Shown: positions 49,014 through 61,470, numbered from the whole stretch's first letter. The stretch is 63,224 nt of DNA, filler included, from Octopus bimaculoides (GCF_001194135.2; 5 parts of 5 records of this genome joined end to end with filler, not necessarily neighbours in it), one strand, 5' to 3'. The notes: generated by a model not told the origin, from the sequence alone. Made by a program: numbers and translations.

Positions 49014-50232
49014 GTACATATATAATACATATATATAGATATGTATATAGATATAGATATATTTATACATATGTGTGTGTATGTATGCATGTATGTATGT
49101 ATGTATGTATGTAACTGACTCATACATAGACACATATGTGTGTGTGTTTACGTGTGTGTGTATGTGTGTTACGATTGGTAGCCAAAATCTCATTTTGCTG
49201 AAGCAACCTTTCTCCAGCCTATATGCTGAATTAGGAAATGCAATGTACACTAAGTAAATTAACATAATATGTAAGCAATCGGTGAATAACATACCAGAAG
49301 ATATTTAGGAAGCTTTTTTTCCTTTTTTTGCTCCGGAATACTACTTAAAATCGCATGTGAGAACACATACATATATATCAGGAAGATCTCTCTGCCAAAA
49401 TATGAACGTGTGAGAATGCTTCTTGTTATTTTGTCCTTTCTACCGTTCCATATGTCGCTGTATTACTAGTGTGTGGATATGTTCCAGCGTTAAAAAAAAG
49501 GATGGCTATAAGGTTTCTACTCATCTAAAAGGTATACACTAAACGCTAGCTTAACATCAATCATACACTTAAATGCCACGTTAATGAAATATTTCATAAA
49601 ATGGCCGCCTCCATCGCATTACCTATCAAATCTATTAATGTCTCATAAGTATAAATTTTACTTGAAATATAGCATTTTTACATGGCCTATTCTTTGCCGC
49701 AAAGGAACTGAAATACAGAAGCCAATGATATTTTATACCTAGTAATATAACACTTCAGAAAACATTTGAAGCTAGAATGTTTCCAACAAGAAGCGTATGT
49801 TACTTAAGAACATAAAATTGGTTGAAATTAAATAATACAAAATAGAAACAAGAGTTACACTAATGATACAAAGAAATTAGAAAATGATTTGCTTGTAACT
49901 TTAATTAAATACCGTCGCTAAAACATATATATTATGTGATTAAAATCAAGTGACAGTAAAATGTAACGCATATGACATATTCATTATGCATTTTAGCAAT
50001 ATAATTAGGATTTATGTTCCGAAATTTCTTTAGGTGTTTATAATAACATTTCAGTGAAAGGAAACAGTAATAGGTGTCGATAAATCTAATAGCATATCTA
50101 CTCCGTGACGGATGTAAAAAAACACACACACACAGTGTACGTGAGTTTGTGTGCAGTCTATCTTTTCTGCAGCAGTTTGCCTCTTTCTCTCTTTCTCTCT
50201 CTCTCTCTCTCTATCTATATATATATATATAT

Positions 50233-50363
50233 ACTATGTATTATTCATTAGAAATGCAGAGACGCCTATAATAGGACATCTACTCGCTAGAAATAGCAGC
50301 ATCTTCTAGCGAGTAGATGTCCTATTATAGGCGTCTCTGCATTTCTAATGAATAATACATAGT
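50233..50363. repeat. Perfect inverted repeat, 60-bp arms, 11-nt loop
   Basis: 50233-50292 is the exact reverse complement of 50304-50363. Confidence 0.97.
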
Positions 50364-50499
50364 CTATTGACTGTTTTTACTCTCGCTAGGCCACTGGTGG
50401 TAAATAAAATTTCTAAAATTTTCTTTGCCACCCTATAATTTATTAATATATATATATATATATGTATATATGTGTTTTATATATATCTTTATATATATT

Positions 50500-50538
<39 letters not shown>

Positions 50539-50704
50539 TACAGGGACGCAAACACACTTGTACCGGTTGTTAAGCGGGGGAGGGCCAAGCAGAAACGAAG
50601 TCAGAAAGACAGACAGGCAGAAACATATATTTACATACATACAAACATACATGCATACCATATATATATACACCAACACAAAGGCAAACACACACACATA
50701 GGTA

Positions 50705-51085
50705 TGTTGTTGGCACTCCGTCGCTTACGACGTCGAGGGTTTCAGTTGATCCGATCAACGGAACAGCCTGCTCGTGAAATTAAAGTGCAAGTGGCCGAGC
50801 ACTCCACAGACACGTGTACCCTTAACGTAGTTCTCAGGGATATTCAACGTGACACAATGTGACAAGACTGACCCTTTGAATTACAGGCACAACAGAAACA
50901 GGAAGTAAGAGTGAGAGAAAGTTGTGGTGAAAGAGTACAGCAGGGTTCGCACCATACCCTGCCTGAGCCTGGTGGAGCTGTAGGTGTTTTCGCTCAATAA
51001 ACACTCACAACGCCCGGTCTGGGAATCGAAACCGCGATCCTATGACCGCGAGTCCACTGCCCTAACTACTGGGCCATTGCGCTCC
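50705..51085 (-). mobile_element. Full-length SINE family B (tRNA-derived head, LINE-like stem-loop tail, (ACA)n end)
   Basis: Head ggagcgcaatggcccagtagttagggcag..gtttcgattccc; tail hairpin cgtcgtaagcgacg; flanking 11-bp direct repeat cacacataggt (50693-50703 and 51093-51103), a probable TSD. Confidence 0.95.
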
Positions 51086-51149
51086 ATTCCCGCACACATA
51101 GGTGTATACATATGTAAACGAATATCATCTTTTAGTTTCACACTACCAA

Positions 51150-51290
51150 ATTTCACTCCACTCACACGGCTTTGATCGCCCAGGGACATTATACGTTATT
51201 TACCCAAGGTGCTACGCAGTAGGACTAACTCCAGAACCATGTGGGTGGCAAGCAATTTAATTGCCATGCAGCCATGCATGCACATGCGAT
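51150..51290 (-). mobile_element. SINE family C copy (diverged)
   Basis: tttacccaaggtgctacgcagtaggactaactccagaaccatgtgg is the reverse complement of the 26690 type. Confidence 0.7.
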
Positions 51291-54200
51291 ATTATATTGA
51301 GCCTATTACTGAAACTAACTTTATTCAATTCGGAGTAACGAAAGAGAATCAATTTCGACCTGATTTGTATATTACCGGCTACAAATGAACATCTGTAGCA
51401 CATATTGACCTGGGTTAGCTTATACATAGAATATATTTCTTGTGTTAAACATTCCTCCTGTTTTCTTTTGACTCGATCCAGTTAAATTAGTAATTATAAT
51501 ATTGTGATTCATATCGACTGTGTCGTTAGAAACTTTGAAAAAAATGTATATGCCCTACACGTGTTAATTACAATGTTTCTAGCAAAAGTATTTTTTTTAT
51601 GAGAATGCCAGAAAGGGTGTCTCCAAGAATGTATAGACATATTGAAGATTTTAAAAGTTACGCTCAGGTAACCCACAAACAATTTTGCTTAAGTTGAATA
51701 TTTATATTTCACTCTATCCCTATCTTGGTTTGACCTTTACTCCAAAGTAGAAAAAAACTAAGTCTCAACCATTTATGAAAAATGTGTCATGCGCTCCTCT
51801 TTTATTTAGAAGCCATTATATAAAAGTGTATTTACTTATTTAGTAATGCTAGACACTTCCATTATTGGTATTTGGCTGACCTGAGCTTCAATTAATATTA
51901 TTATGAAATCAATGTTTCTCTCAGCTGCATATTGAAGTAGATATAAAATGTAATACCCATAAAATATTGGAAAAAAATATGATCTATTATTTATTAATTT
52001 TGATAACAATAATCTAAATGAATAATATAAAATGAACAGCGTTTTTTCTGGCTTACAGAATTACAAAATAAATCGACCGACCTTCAAGAAGCTGTTTATT
52101 ATTCATAAATATCTGGAAGTAATCTTTCCGTTGGTATTTTCCACTAGACATGAGCTATGGTATTTAATCATAAAGTTATTAAATTGTCTGTTGACATCAG
52201 GTGACATCAGCTGACAATCACTAAATTGTTAAAGCTTATATTCTGATGAGATTTATTTTGCCTTTTATAGACATAGTAATAATTTTCTCCGTAGTAGAGG
52301 GAAACTCTAATATGTCATTGTAAAACATCTGCAGTGCTTAATTTTATCTTTCTTAATTATAAAAATATACAAGTAATAACTGGTATAAATCAATCAACTA
52401 TATAAATTTATATATTTTCTTCATTACTGAATATAAAATATACAAAAAAACTTTGTTCTTACGGCGAAATAATTCAGTGTATTGCTTGTTTATTTTCATA
52501 TAAATCACAAAGTCAACTTTGTGATTCAGCTTTCTCAGTTTGGTAAAATAAATATGAATAAAAAATAAAGACCTGTATTCAAACAAGAAATCCATCTCAA
52601 TGCTCACGAAAAAGACATGAGTTGTCCATTATCCCATTTCCTTCATCCAAAACACGTGGAGTAATTTTTATACTCAAAAGAAGCAACAATGTTATGTTCT
52701 TGTGAAGGATAGTGGGACTATTTTAACGATGGAATGGCAATTATTGCTAAATGCAAAAACTACTGATTTGTTTTAACATGCCATCCAGATAATATATATG
52801 ATAAATATCAAGAAATCAAGTAGAGGGCCAATGTTATCGAATGAAGATCTGAGCAGATGGGGTTTGAAATGCCAATACGATCAGAATTGCTCTTTATAGC
52901 ATTAAACTGTAGGTATAATATTACACATGCAATTAGGATAAAGCTAAGCTGTAGCTGACATGCGCACTAGCGAAATGTTTTTTTTTTTCTAATTTGTACA
53001 CATAGGGCCATTATTAGGCAGTAAAGGTGAGCCATCTCTGATACATAATGTCATTTTCCAATTTAGACGAAAGATAAAATATTGTTTATACCCAAGGTAC
53101 CCTGATTACAGTTAAAAGTGCTCCTACCGATAATTGCTTGCCATTATTACCAGGACCAACACACCAGTGAATCCAAATACGTAGACATCAGTGACATTAC
53201 AATACAATTAAAATAATTACATTCGTGATTATATTGATAAAGTTGTAAACCTGATGTATCGCTTTTGTTAATCTGGGACCATATTTTATGTATTGAACAT
53301 TTATATATTATTGAATTTGCTGTAATCAACAACAGGCCCTGTCTATCATATTATAATATATGTACATACTAATATTCTTCCTTCATGAGATTTTTATGAA
53401 GTGTTAAATGATTGTATAGTATATATTTGATTCATATAATTTAGTTTCTGTGTTCGAAATATTTCAAATAAATGTTTCTATGATGTATTTGTTGCATTGT
53501 TTTTAACATAATCTTCCCAAAATAGGAAAATAATGGCTGTAAACGAACGTAAATTAACTCTGCATCTAACAAAAGTTATGAGTTGCTTTCCTCATACGTA
53601 AGCTGTGCCTTTAGACTCTATTTGTACCTATTACTCTCTTGTTGCAGCAGTCCGCAAAAAGTCTCTACATGACGTCATGTACTAACCGAGAAAGTAAAAG
53701 TGTGCAGCCTTAACAGGGAGCCAAATTTCGTGTTAAATGATATGCATACCCTGGATGCTATGGCGTTCGAGAAGATTTTCTTTATCACAGATATTTTGTC
53801 ACAGAAAACTGTTAACACAGTATACATGCATACACACACACAATTGCATGCAAGCAAATAAGCTAGTTCTAAAATCTCCGTAAGTAATGAACGCAGTAGC
53901 TGTACTGGCAATATTTCTTGCCACTTCAACATCGCTGTTCTGTTCAAACGGAACAGCCATGCTAAAGTGGCGTCAGACACACACACGTACGTATGTATGT
54001 ATGTATGTATGTATGTATGCATGTATGTATGTATGTATGTATGTATGTATGTATGTATGTGTACGTGCGTGCGTGTATGTGCGTGCGTCCGTATCTAGAC
54101 ATATTGTGCGCACCGAACGTCATATTTTAAAACAAGTTGCAAAACCACATTTCTGTACAAATATTCATCAACTGCAACTGGACATCAGCATTCCTTTCAG

Positions 54201-54344
54201 TACAATTACTCCATATCCAGCAAAAGAACAATTAGATACACAGATAGATACTTCATCTGTGCGTTTGGATGCCCGTATGTGGATAATATTGGATTCAAAA
54301 TTTGCCACAATGATACCAATTTCCAATCAGTGGGTTACTCGATA

Positions 54345-54784
54345 GTATCGACCTCAGTGCTCAACTGGTACTTATTTTATTAACCCTCAAATGACAAAGG
54401 ACGAAATTTGGATTCACAACGTAAAAAGAGACGAAATGCCGATAAGTTCTTTGCGGCGTGTTAACTATTCTGCCAATTCGCTGCGTTCCGTGTCTATATT
54501 AAAGAAGTTTTAAATTTTAGAACATGGCCAGCAGTTTTGCAGGAGGGAGTGAGTCAATTCAATTCACCCGAGTGTTCAACTGGTACTTATTTTATTGCTC
54601 CCGAAAGTGAGAGAAAGTTGTGGTGAAAGTGTACAGCAGGGTTCGCCACCATCCTCTGCCGGAGCCTCGTGGAGCTTTAGGTGTTTTCTCTCAATAAACA
54701 CTCACAACGCCCGGTCTGGGAATCGAAACCGCGATCCTATGACCGCGAGTCCTCTGCCGTAACCACTGGGCCATTGCGCCTCCA
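54345..54784 (-). mobile_element. Two diverged family A fragments fused to the 5' half of a young family B SINE
   Basis: The family A core runs to ...attgctcccgaaag, then family B gtgagagaaagttgtggtg...ccactgggccattgcgcctcc (54606-54784). Confidence 0.85.
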
Positions 54785-55719
54785 CATATCTTTCTGTACA
54801 AACATAAATACATACATACACATATACATACATCTTAAGGACTAAGAAACTTTAACATAACATGAAGAACGTATTTTTGGTGCCAGTGAAACTCGAAATA
54901 TATAAAGGTATAACAAATAACGTATAAATATTAGATATGAAAAGCCTTTTGGATAGGAAAATTCGATGGATGCCTCTATATGACACGCACAGACACACAC
55001 ACACACACGCACACACACACACACACACACTTCCCAACATATGTATGGATGTATGTTCACTTATACATGAATTTATATCCATAACTGTAGGTTATAAACC
55101 ATTCCAAAGATTTTGTAACTTGGTTAATATCAATCATAAAAGTATTAAACAACAAATATTTTTCTATGTCGATTATTTTGAATGTTTCTTAATATTACAT
55201 GAAAAATTATTTAAGAAACCTGGATAACTAAAAAAAAATCGCTCCCAGATAAATTTCCCTGTCCGTGTGCAGATCATACTTTGTCTGAATACCCAAACAG
55301 GGCATTATCTTTCGAACAATTTGTTGTGAAAAAAAGAACAAAACCAAATTACTGCAATATGAAATTGCTTTTGAAACCGACCAGCAGTGTCACGAGATTT
55401 CCAAATGAATCTATCGAATTGAACGGGATTTCGTTTTGGATGCATTTCATCTAACTCCTATATTACGCATCTCGATCCCACTCAATTGTTTTATAGATAA
55501 ATAGGCCTGGGAATATTCCTTTACAAAACTCGGTATATGCATGTGAAATTTAACGCATTGTCGTGAATTTGCAACTGAGGTAATATATGTTTCACAAGGA
55601 AACTCAATAAAAGATAATTTCTCATAAAAGGATATATAAAAAGTGACCACATTATCAGCGAATAAATATGCGCGCATGCCCCCACACAGTCGCCCCCCCC
55701 CCACGCATGCTTATATACA

Positions 55720-57046
55720 CAAGGTGTCCACAAAGACTTTCGACAATTTCAATATGGTGTTACGCAAAACCTAGAAGAGGTGGCACCTAAACTTTTGTTG
55801 CAGGTTAATATGTTATTAGTAAAGATCTTTTAATGACATTAGTAGTTTTGTCAATGTTATGTTTTTATGTTTAGGACCGCAATTAATGCTGGTTTTACAT
55901 TTTAGACAATGAATACACCTCAAGAAATGACACAAAGTGTGCCTTTGTTTATTGAAATAAAGTCAGATATTCAAACGTAAAGAAATTACACATCTAAATA
56001 TGGAAAACAATCTCCGGCAAGTCAGACGATTCACAGCTAGCATAAGCAATGAATGGAAACAAAGAGGGTACTACATAAACCGAAAGGCCAAGAACATCTG
56101 AAGAAGATATTGAGTGTTTTCGTCAGCCATATCCACATCTGCATAACGCTAAATTCATCCGAACACTTTCCGTTCAGCCATAATTACTGAGATCACCATT
56201 TCAGGGTAAACATTCATATAGCGCTCCATAGGAATTTGAAGATATACGCATATAAATTTAGTTATTGCAACCAGTGAAGTTAAATAACAAACTGCAACAA
56301 AACGAATTTACTATTAAAATCCTGCAAAATTCAAAAATGGCGACTTCCTTAATCGTATTTACTTTAGGGATGAAACAAACTTCTATGTGTCTGGAAAACT
56401 TAACTTGCCTAATGCGAGAATTTGGGGATCGAAAAATCTTCACATTACTAGGGGAATCGAACGTGGCAGCTCAACGGTTTATGTGTGGTGCACGATTTTA
56501 TGCAACAAAGTTATTGGTGAATTTGTTTTTGAAAACACAATAACAGTTGATGTATTCTTTGATGTTCTAGAAGAACACGTTGTGTCACAGCTAGAATAAC
56601 TCCATCCATGTGTCATCTTTCAACAAAATTGAGCACCGTTCATTGAGGAATAAACGTTCACGGATTTTTAAATAAAAACCATTCAGATTGCAGGATAGGA
56701 GGAGTTGATCCAATTCCTTGACACCCCTTTACCAGATATAACATCCACTGATTTTTCTTGTGGGTTGTACAAAAGATATTGTGTACCCCACTAAAATAAA
56801 GGAGTTAGGTTACCAAAGAATAACTGCCGCTATTACGACTGTTGATGAAGGTAAGTTAAGGAAGAAATGGACGGAAATTGAATGAAGACATTTTCATGCA
56901 ACGAATGGGGTACATATAGAAATCTATTAACTATTTTATATCAACTTCACTATTTACTTCATATTGTGTAACATGTGAACAGTATCCAGTTTTCATTGTA
57001 ATTGTAATAGATTTTCTGTCTGCATAATTACGTTGTGGACGCCCTA
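55720..57046 (+). mobile_element. Near full-length decayed Tc1/mariner DNA transposon, about 1.33 kb
   Basis: TIR-like caaggtgtccacaa and ttgtggacgcccta with TA flanks. The pseudo-ORF from ATG 55909 (MNTPQE..IKSDIQT*RNY..KYGK) continues SGKLNLPNARIWGSKN..VWC..IG, VIFQQN*AP and a decayed WPPRSPD..DFFLWG, ending near 56929. Confidence 0.92.
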
Positions 57047-57573
57047 TATACCTGCTTGTTGTTCATACAACTGTCTTCGTCTTTTGTTTTTCTATAAATT
57101 CCAACTATATATTNNNNNNNNNNNNNNNNNNNNNNNNNNNNNNNNNNNNNNNNNNNNNNNNNNNNNNNNNNNNNNNNNNNNNNNNNNNNNNNNNNNNNNN
57201 NNNNNNNNNNNNNNNNNNNNNNNNNNNNNNNNNNNNNNNNNNNNNNNNNNNNNNNNNNNNNNNNNNNNNNNNNNNNNNNNNNNNNNNNNNNNNNNNNNNN
57301 NATATATATATAGATAGATAGATAGATAGATAGATGTATCAAAATATGTATCAACATCTGTGTATATACATACTTACCAACAAAAAACATCTCACGATTG
57401 TTTCATCTTACTGTGTGGTCAATACTATGTCCCCTGCTATTGCTGGCATCCTATATATGTATATACACATGTACATATATAGAGAGATACATAGATGATA
57501 CGCATAGGCACATATTTACGTACATTCCGAAAGAAAAGCACATGTATGGAGATACACTCACATACACACACCT

Positions 57574-57623
<50 letters not shown>

Positions 57624-57654
57624 GTATACACGATAAACATACGTTCCCTCATCA

Positions 57655-57795
57655 TAGCAGTTCGGCATAGGTTACCGATAGAATGAGTACCATGCTTAGC
57701 AAAATTAATTACTGGGGTCGATTCATTTGGTTGAATATCCTTGTAGACAGCGCCCTAGAGTGGTCGTAGTCTAATCACCGAAACATGTAAAAGAT
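57655..57795 (+). mobile_element. SINE family D fragment (diverged)
   Basis: gcagttcggc..accgatagaatgagtacc..ctggggtcgatt..gtctaatcaccgaaacatgtaaaaga, related to 61312-61470. Confidence 0.7.
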
Positions 57796-58878
57796 AAAAA
57801 GAAAGTAGAAGATATCGCGACAGACAGATAATTGTAGATATAAGTATACATATAGACACAGAGTAGAACATATAGACATTGATACAGACACATAATTGAA
57901 GAGACTTCGGTGTATGTATAATAAATTCATTAACAACTTATGATAACTAATGTACGAATGAAAGCAGCTGTATTTATAAAGCAATGTCACCGAAAGTAAA
58001 AACATCTATTGAATACAACTTTATTGTCTAGACGCAATATTAGTAGCTAACACATCGAAATATTCTCATTTACGTAAATATACTCCTAAACAGAGAACTA
58101 GATTATGCTAGACTTTATTTAATCAGAACTTATTTCTATATTGTTTTAATTTGATTTACAAAATTTCATTTGTTACATTTATCTTGCCATCATAGCTTTC
58201 TTTCATATAATTATCTCCACCCCAACGTTTCCCCGCACGATTTGTCTTATCTCTTTTTTCATTTCGTCTATCAGATATCGTTCAAGATTTCCACTGCAGG
58301 AATCCTAATTGTACGTAAATCTGTATAAATAAACCTTTTCACCCCTTTCTTTCTATACACCTGCGGACATTTCTAAACAGTTCTGTTTCTATTAAGTTTT
58401 TATTATAATAATTTCCTCTGTATATAATTTTTTACACTTCCAGTTTCATAAAAGAGACACACTTTCTTTTCTTTATCATATCTGTCTGTTTGTTACGTTT
58501 TTCTTCTCTTGTAAAGGAAACCAGATTTACCACATAATTTTTTTCCCAAACAATTTCTGTATTTTCCCTTGCTTCTCCTGTATGCTCTGCGTTTTCACTA
58601 TGCCCATAGTGAATAATTGTATTCTCTCTACGTTAATATCGAATATTATGACACGTTTATGGAATGTTCCTAAAGTTCATTCAGATATAATCAATAAGTA
58701 TATATCACATTGTTTAACACAATTTTTGTTCCTGGGTAGAAACTGTTATTTCTTAATTTAGGATATAATAATTGCCTACCCTTAGAGAGTATGAAAAATG
58801 GTGAATATTTCCTTCAAATTTACTCTCCTCAAACTTGTCGCCACTTGAGCAGCTAGACTTTTAAGCATACGATTCCTG

Positions 58879-58962
58879 TATTTATACTGCCATATATGTT
58901 GCCAGAAACTTCTAGAAATTCTTGAAAGTTCTTGAAACTTCTAGAAAGTTCTAGAATATTCT
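58879..58962 (-). promoter_or_regulatory. Heat-shock-element array plus TATA box
   Basis: Nine contiguous perfect alternating nTTCn/nGAAn pentamers (58918-58962) plus three more (58904-58917, 1-nt offset). TATAAATA on the minus strand (58886-58879) lies 17 nt downstream. Confidence 0.75.
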
Positions 58963-59264
58963 GCTTCAGCAACACAGCGCTGAATCTGTTTGAAATGTGA
59001 TGGAAAACGAGTCAGTTTCAAAACAAGCTCCGGTAACAAAAGTATAATTTGAAGGGAGTGATAGTCATTTCCTTTGATTTCCAGATAGAAGCAAATAAGA
59101 AATAACACTTACTGTCCAAAGAGACAAAAAAAATTGTTACAGACTTTTATGATATAGGTTGCGAATATTCGTAGTTACCTCGACAATCTTGAATATCTCC
59201 CCATCACAATTTCAGCCAATATGATAATGTGCGTATTCGAAAATATTTCTTTCTAATTTAGGCA

Positions 59265-59460
59265 CAATGCCATAGGTGTGAGGTAAGGTGTAAGTCAATT
59301 ACATCCAGTCCATCACTCAAATGTTACTTCTTTTATCAATCCTCAAATAGGGAAAGGCAATTTCGACCTCAGCGTAATTTACACTCAGAACGTAAAGAGC
59401 TGAAAGAGATGCTGCTGCACATTCTTCCAGTACAGTATTGATTCTGCCATCTCACCGCCT
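59265..59460 (-). mobile_element. SINE family A copy (diverged)
   Basis: gggaaaggcaatttcgacctcagcgtaatttacactcagaacgtaaag...ttctgccatctcaccgcc. Confidence 0.75.
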
Positions 59461-59754
59461 TATGCATATCAAATATTGAGATTGTATAATTGCTACGTAT
59501 TTTCTTTTAGATATGTTACTACAACATTATAAGAATATTGCATTAAAACCTCCGCATTTATGAACTTGACAACATTGACTTTTGTTAGATGTATGTATTG
59601 TATATGCTATATATATATATATATATATATATATNNNNNNNNNNNNNNNNNNNNNNNNNNNNNNNNNNNNNNNNNNNNNNNNNNNNNNNNNNNNNNNNNN
59701 NNNNNNNNNNNNNNNNNNNNNNNNNNNNNNNNNNNNATATATATCATTCGCCAT

Positions 59755-59950
59755 GATAAATCGCTGACCACTACATTTATATTTTTCTCTCCTTGTTTTT
59801 CTCCTTATTTCTTTCTGTGTCCCTTTCTGTTGAAGAGCGTAGCTCGAAACGTTAAAGACTTTCTCTATTACCGAGCGTTAAACTAATACATCCTTTTGTT
59901 GTTTACACCACTTGTCCTCGTCTGTTGTTGTTTTTTTCGTAAATCCCCCC
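59755..59950 (+). mobile_element. Penelope-like pLTR-derived repeat with a minimal hammerhead-like motif (59823-59857), flanked by (TA)n
   Basis: cttt-CTGTTGA-a-gagc gta gctc-GAAA-c gt t-aaag. The 3' part resembles 57048-57113. Confidence 0.55.
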
Positions 59951-59952
59951 CC

Positions 59953-59987
<35 letters not shown>

Positions 59988-59989
59988 AA

Positions 59990-60044
59990 TAGATAGATAG
60001 ATAGCTAGCTAGATAGATAGATGTATAGATAGATAGATAAATAG

Positions 60045-60127
<83 letters not shown>

Positions 60128-60128
60128 T
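59990..60128. repeat. (AGAT)n tetranucleotide microsatellite
   Basis: Direct. Confidence 0.97.
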
Positions 60129-60557
60129 ACTTAATAGTAGAATCAGAAGAGAACGTATAGCGCCTTGTCCCATGTCACAGCCTCTAGAATTGGGATGACG
60201 AGAGGAATTTGTCCTTTCACCTGCTCAAAACTGGGACTTCGCTCAAATGCCTGTTACGGTGTGTCCTCCGCTAACCACATATGTCTTAAACAGAGTGATA
60301 AACTGAATCAAAGAACAAAAATGCTCACTCTGACAGTTACCGTCATATTGACACTCACAAGGATTGGTCCACACAAAGATTTGTTATAAGATACTTACCC
60401 AAAATGCTGTGCTTTGGAATCGAACATGGAGCCATTTAGTGGTGAAGCTAAATTTCATAACCTATTCTAGTTTGTAAGTTGCAGTCTCCTATTGATAGAG
60501 AGCTCTGATCAAAGATATTACAATCTTGATCAATTGATCTTCATTATCATTCGTGTT

Positions 60558-61027
60558 ATCTATATATATAAAAATGAGAATGTGTGTCTGTCTGTCTATC
60601 TGTCTGTCTGTCTGTCTGTCTGTGTGAATCCCTAAAACTCGAGAACTACGCAACCAATTTCATTCAAACTTTACACATGCCTTACTTAGGGTTCCAGTTG
60701 TGTTTTAGTCAAAAAAAAATATTAACTTCTTTCAGAGTTCGAGCACACGGCAACATAATATCTCCTCCACTATTTAAGTATTACGTGTCAAAAGTGAAAC
60801 AAAAACACTCATGTCAAATACTTTCACTTTAAAAATGAAACTATTCCACTAACTGAAACAATCACATTTCGATACTGTAGTGACAGATACTTTCACACAG
60901 AGAGAAAGAGAGAGAGACAGAAATAGAGAGAGAGAGAGAGAGAGATGTATATGTATACATATACATGTATATGTACACCATTTCGATACTGTAATGACAG
61001 ATACTTTCAGTGAGAGAGAGAGAGAAG

Positions 61028-61079
<52 letters not shown>

Positions 61080-61205
61080 TGTATATGTATACATATAGAT
61101 GTACACGTATACATACATGTATATGTATACATATGTGTAGATGTATATATCTATATATATAGATGTACATGTAATATGTACACATATATACATATATACA
61201 TGCAT
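60558..61205 (+). mobile_element. Non-autonomous Helitron-like element, 5' part, with internal tandem unit (3' end lost in gap)
   Basis: A|TCTATATATATAAAA 5' terminus, (TCTG)n, aaccaatttcattcaaactt, and repeated catttcgatactgta.tgacagatactttca at about 60865 and 60980. Confidence 0.6.
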
Positions 61206-61311
61206 ACATANNNNNNNNNNNNNNNNNNNNNNNNNNNNNNNNNNNNNNNNNNNNTTAATTAATTAANNNNNNNNNNNNNNNNNNNNNNNNNNNNNNNNNN
61301 NNNNNNNNNNT

Positions 61312-61470
61312 GCTTAGGTCCCCGTAATCTAGCGGTTCGGAATAAATGACCGATAGAATAAGTACTAGGCTTACAAATAATAAGTCCTGGGGTCGATTTC
61401 TCCGACTAAAAAACCCTTTAAGGTGGTGCTCCAGCATGGCCACAGTGTAATGGGTGAAATAAGTAAAAGA
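61312..61470 (+). mobile_element. SINE family D copy (5' end in gap)
   Basis: cccgtaatctagcggttcgg..gaccgatagaataagtactaggcttac..ctggggtcgatt..ggtggtgctccagcatggcc. Confidence 0.8.
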
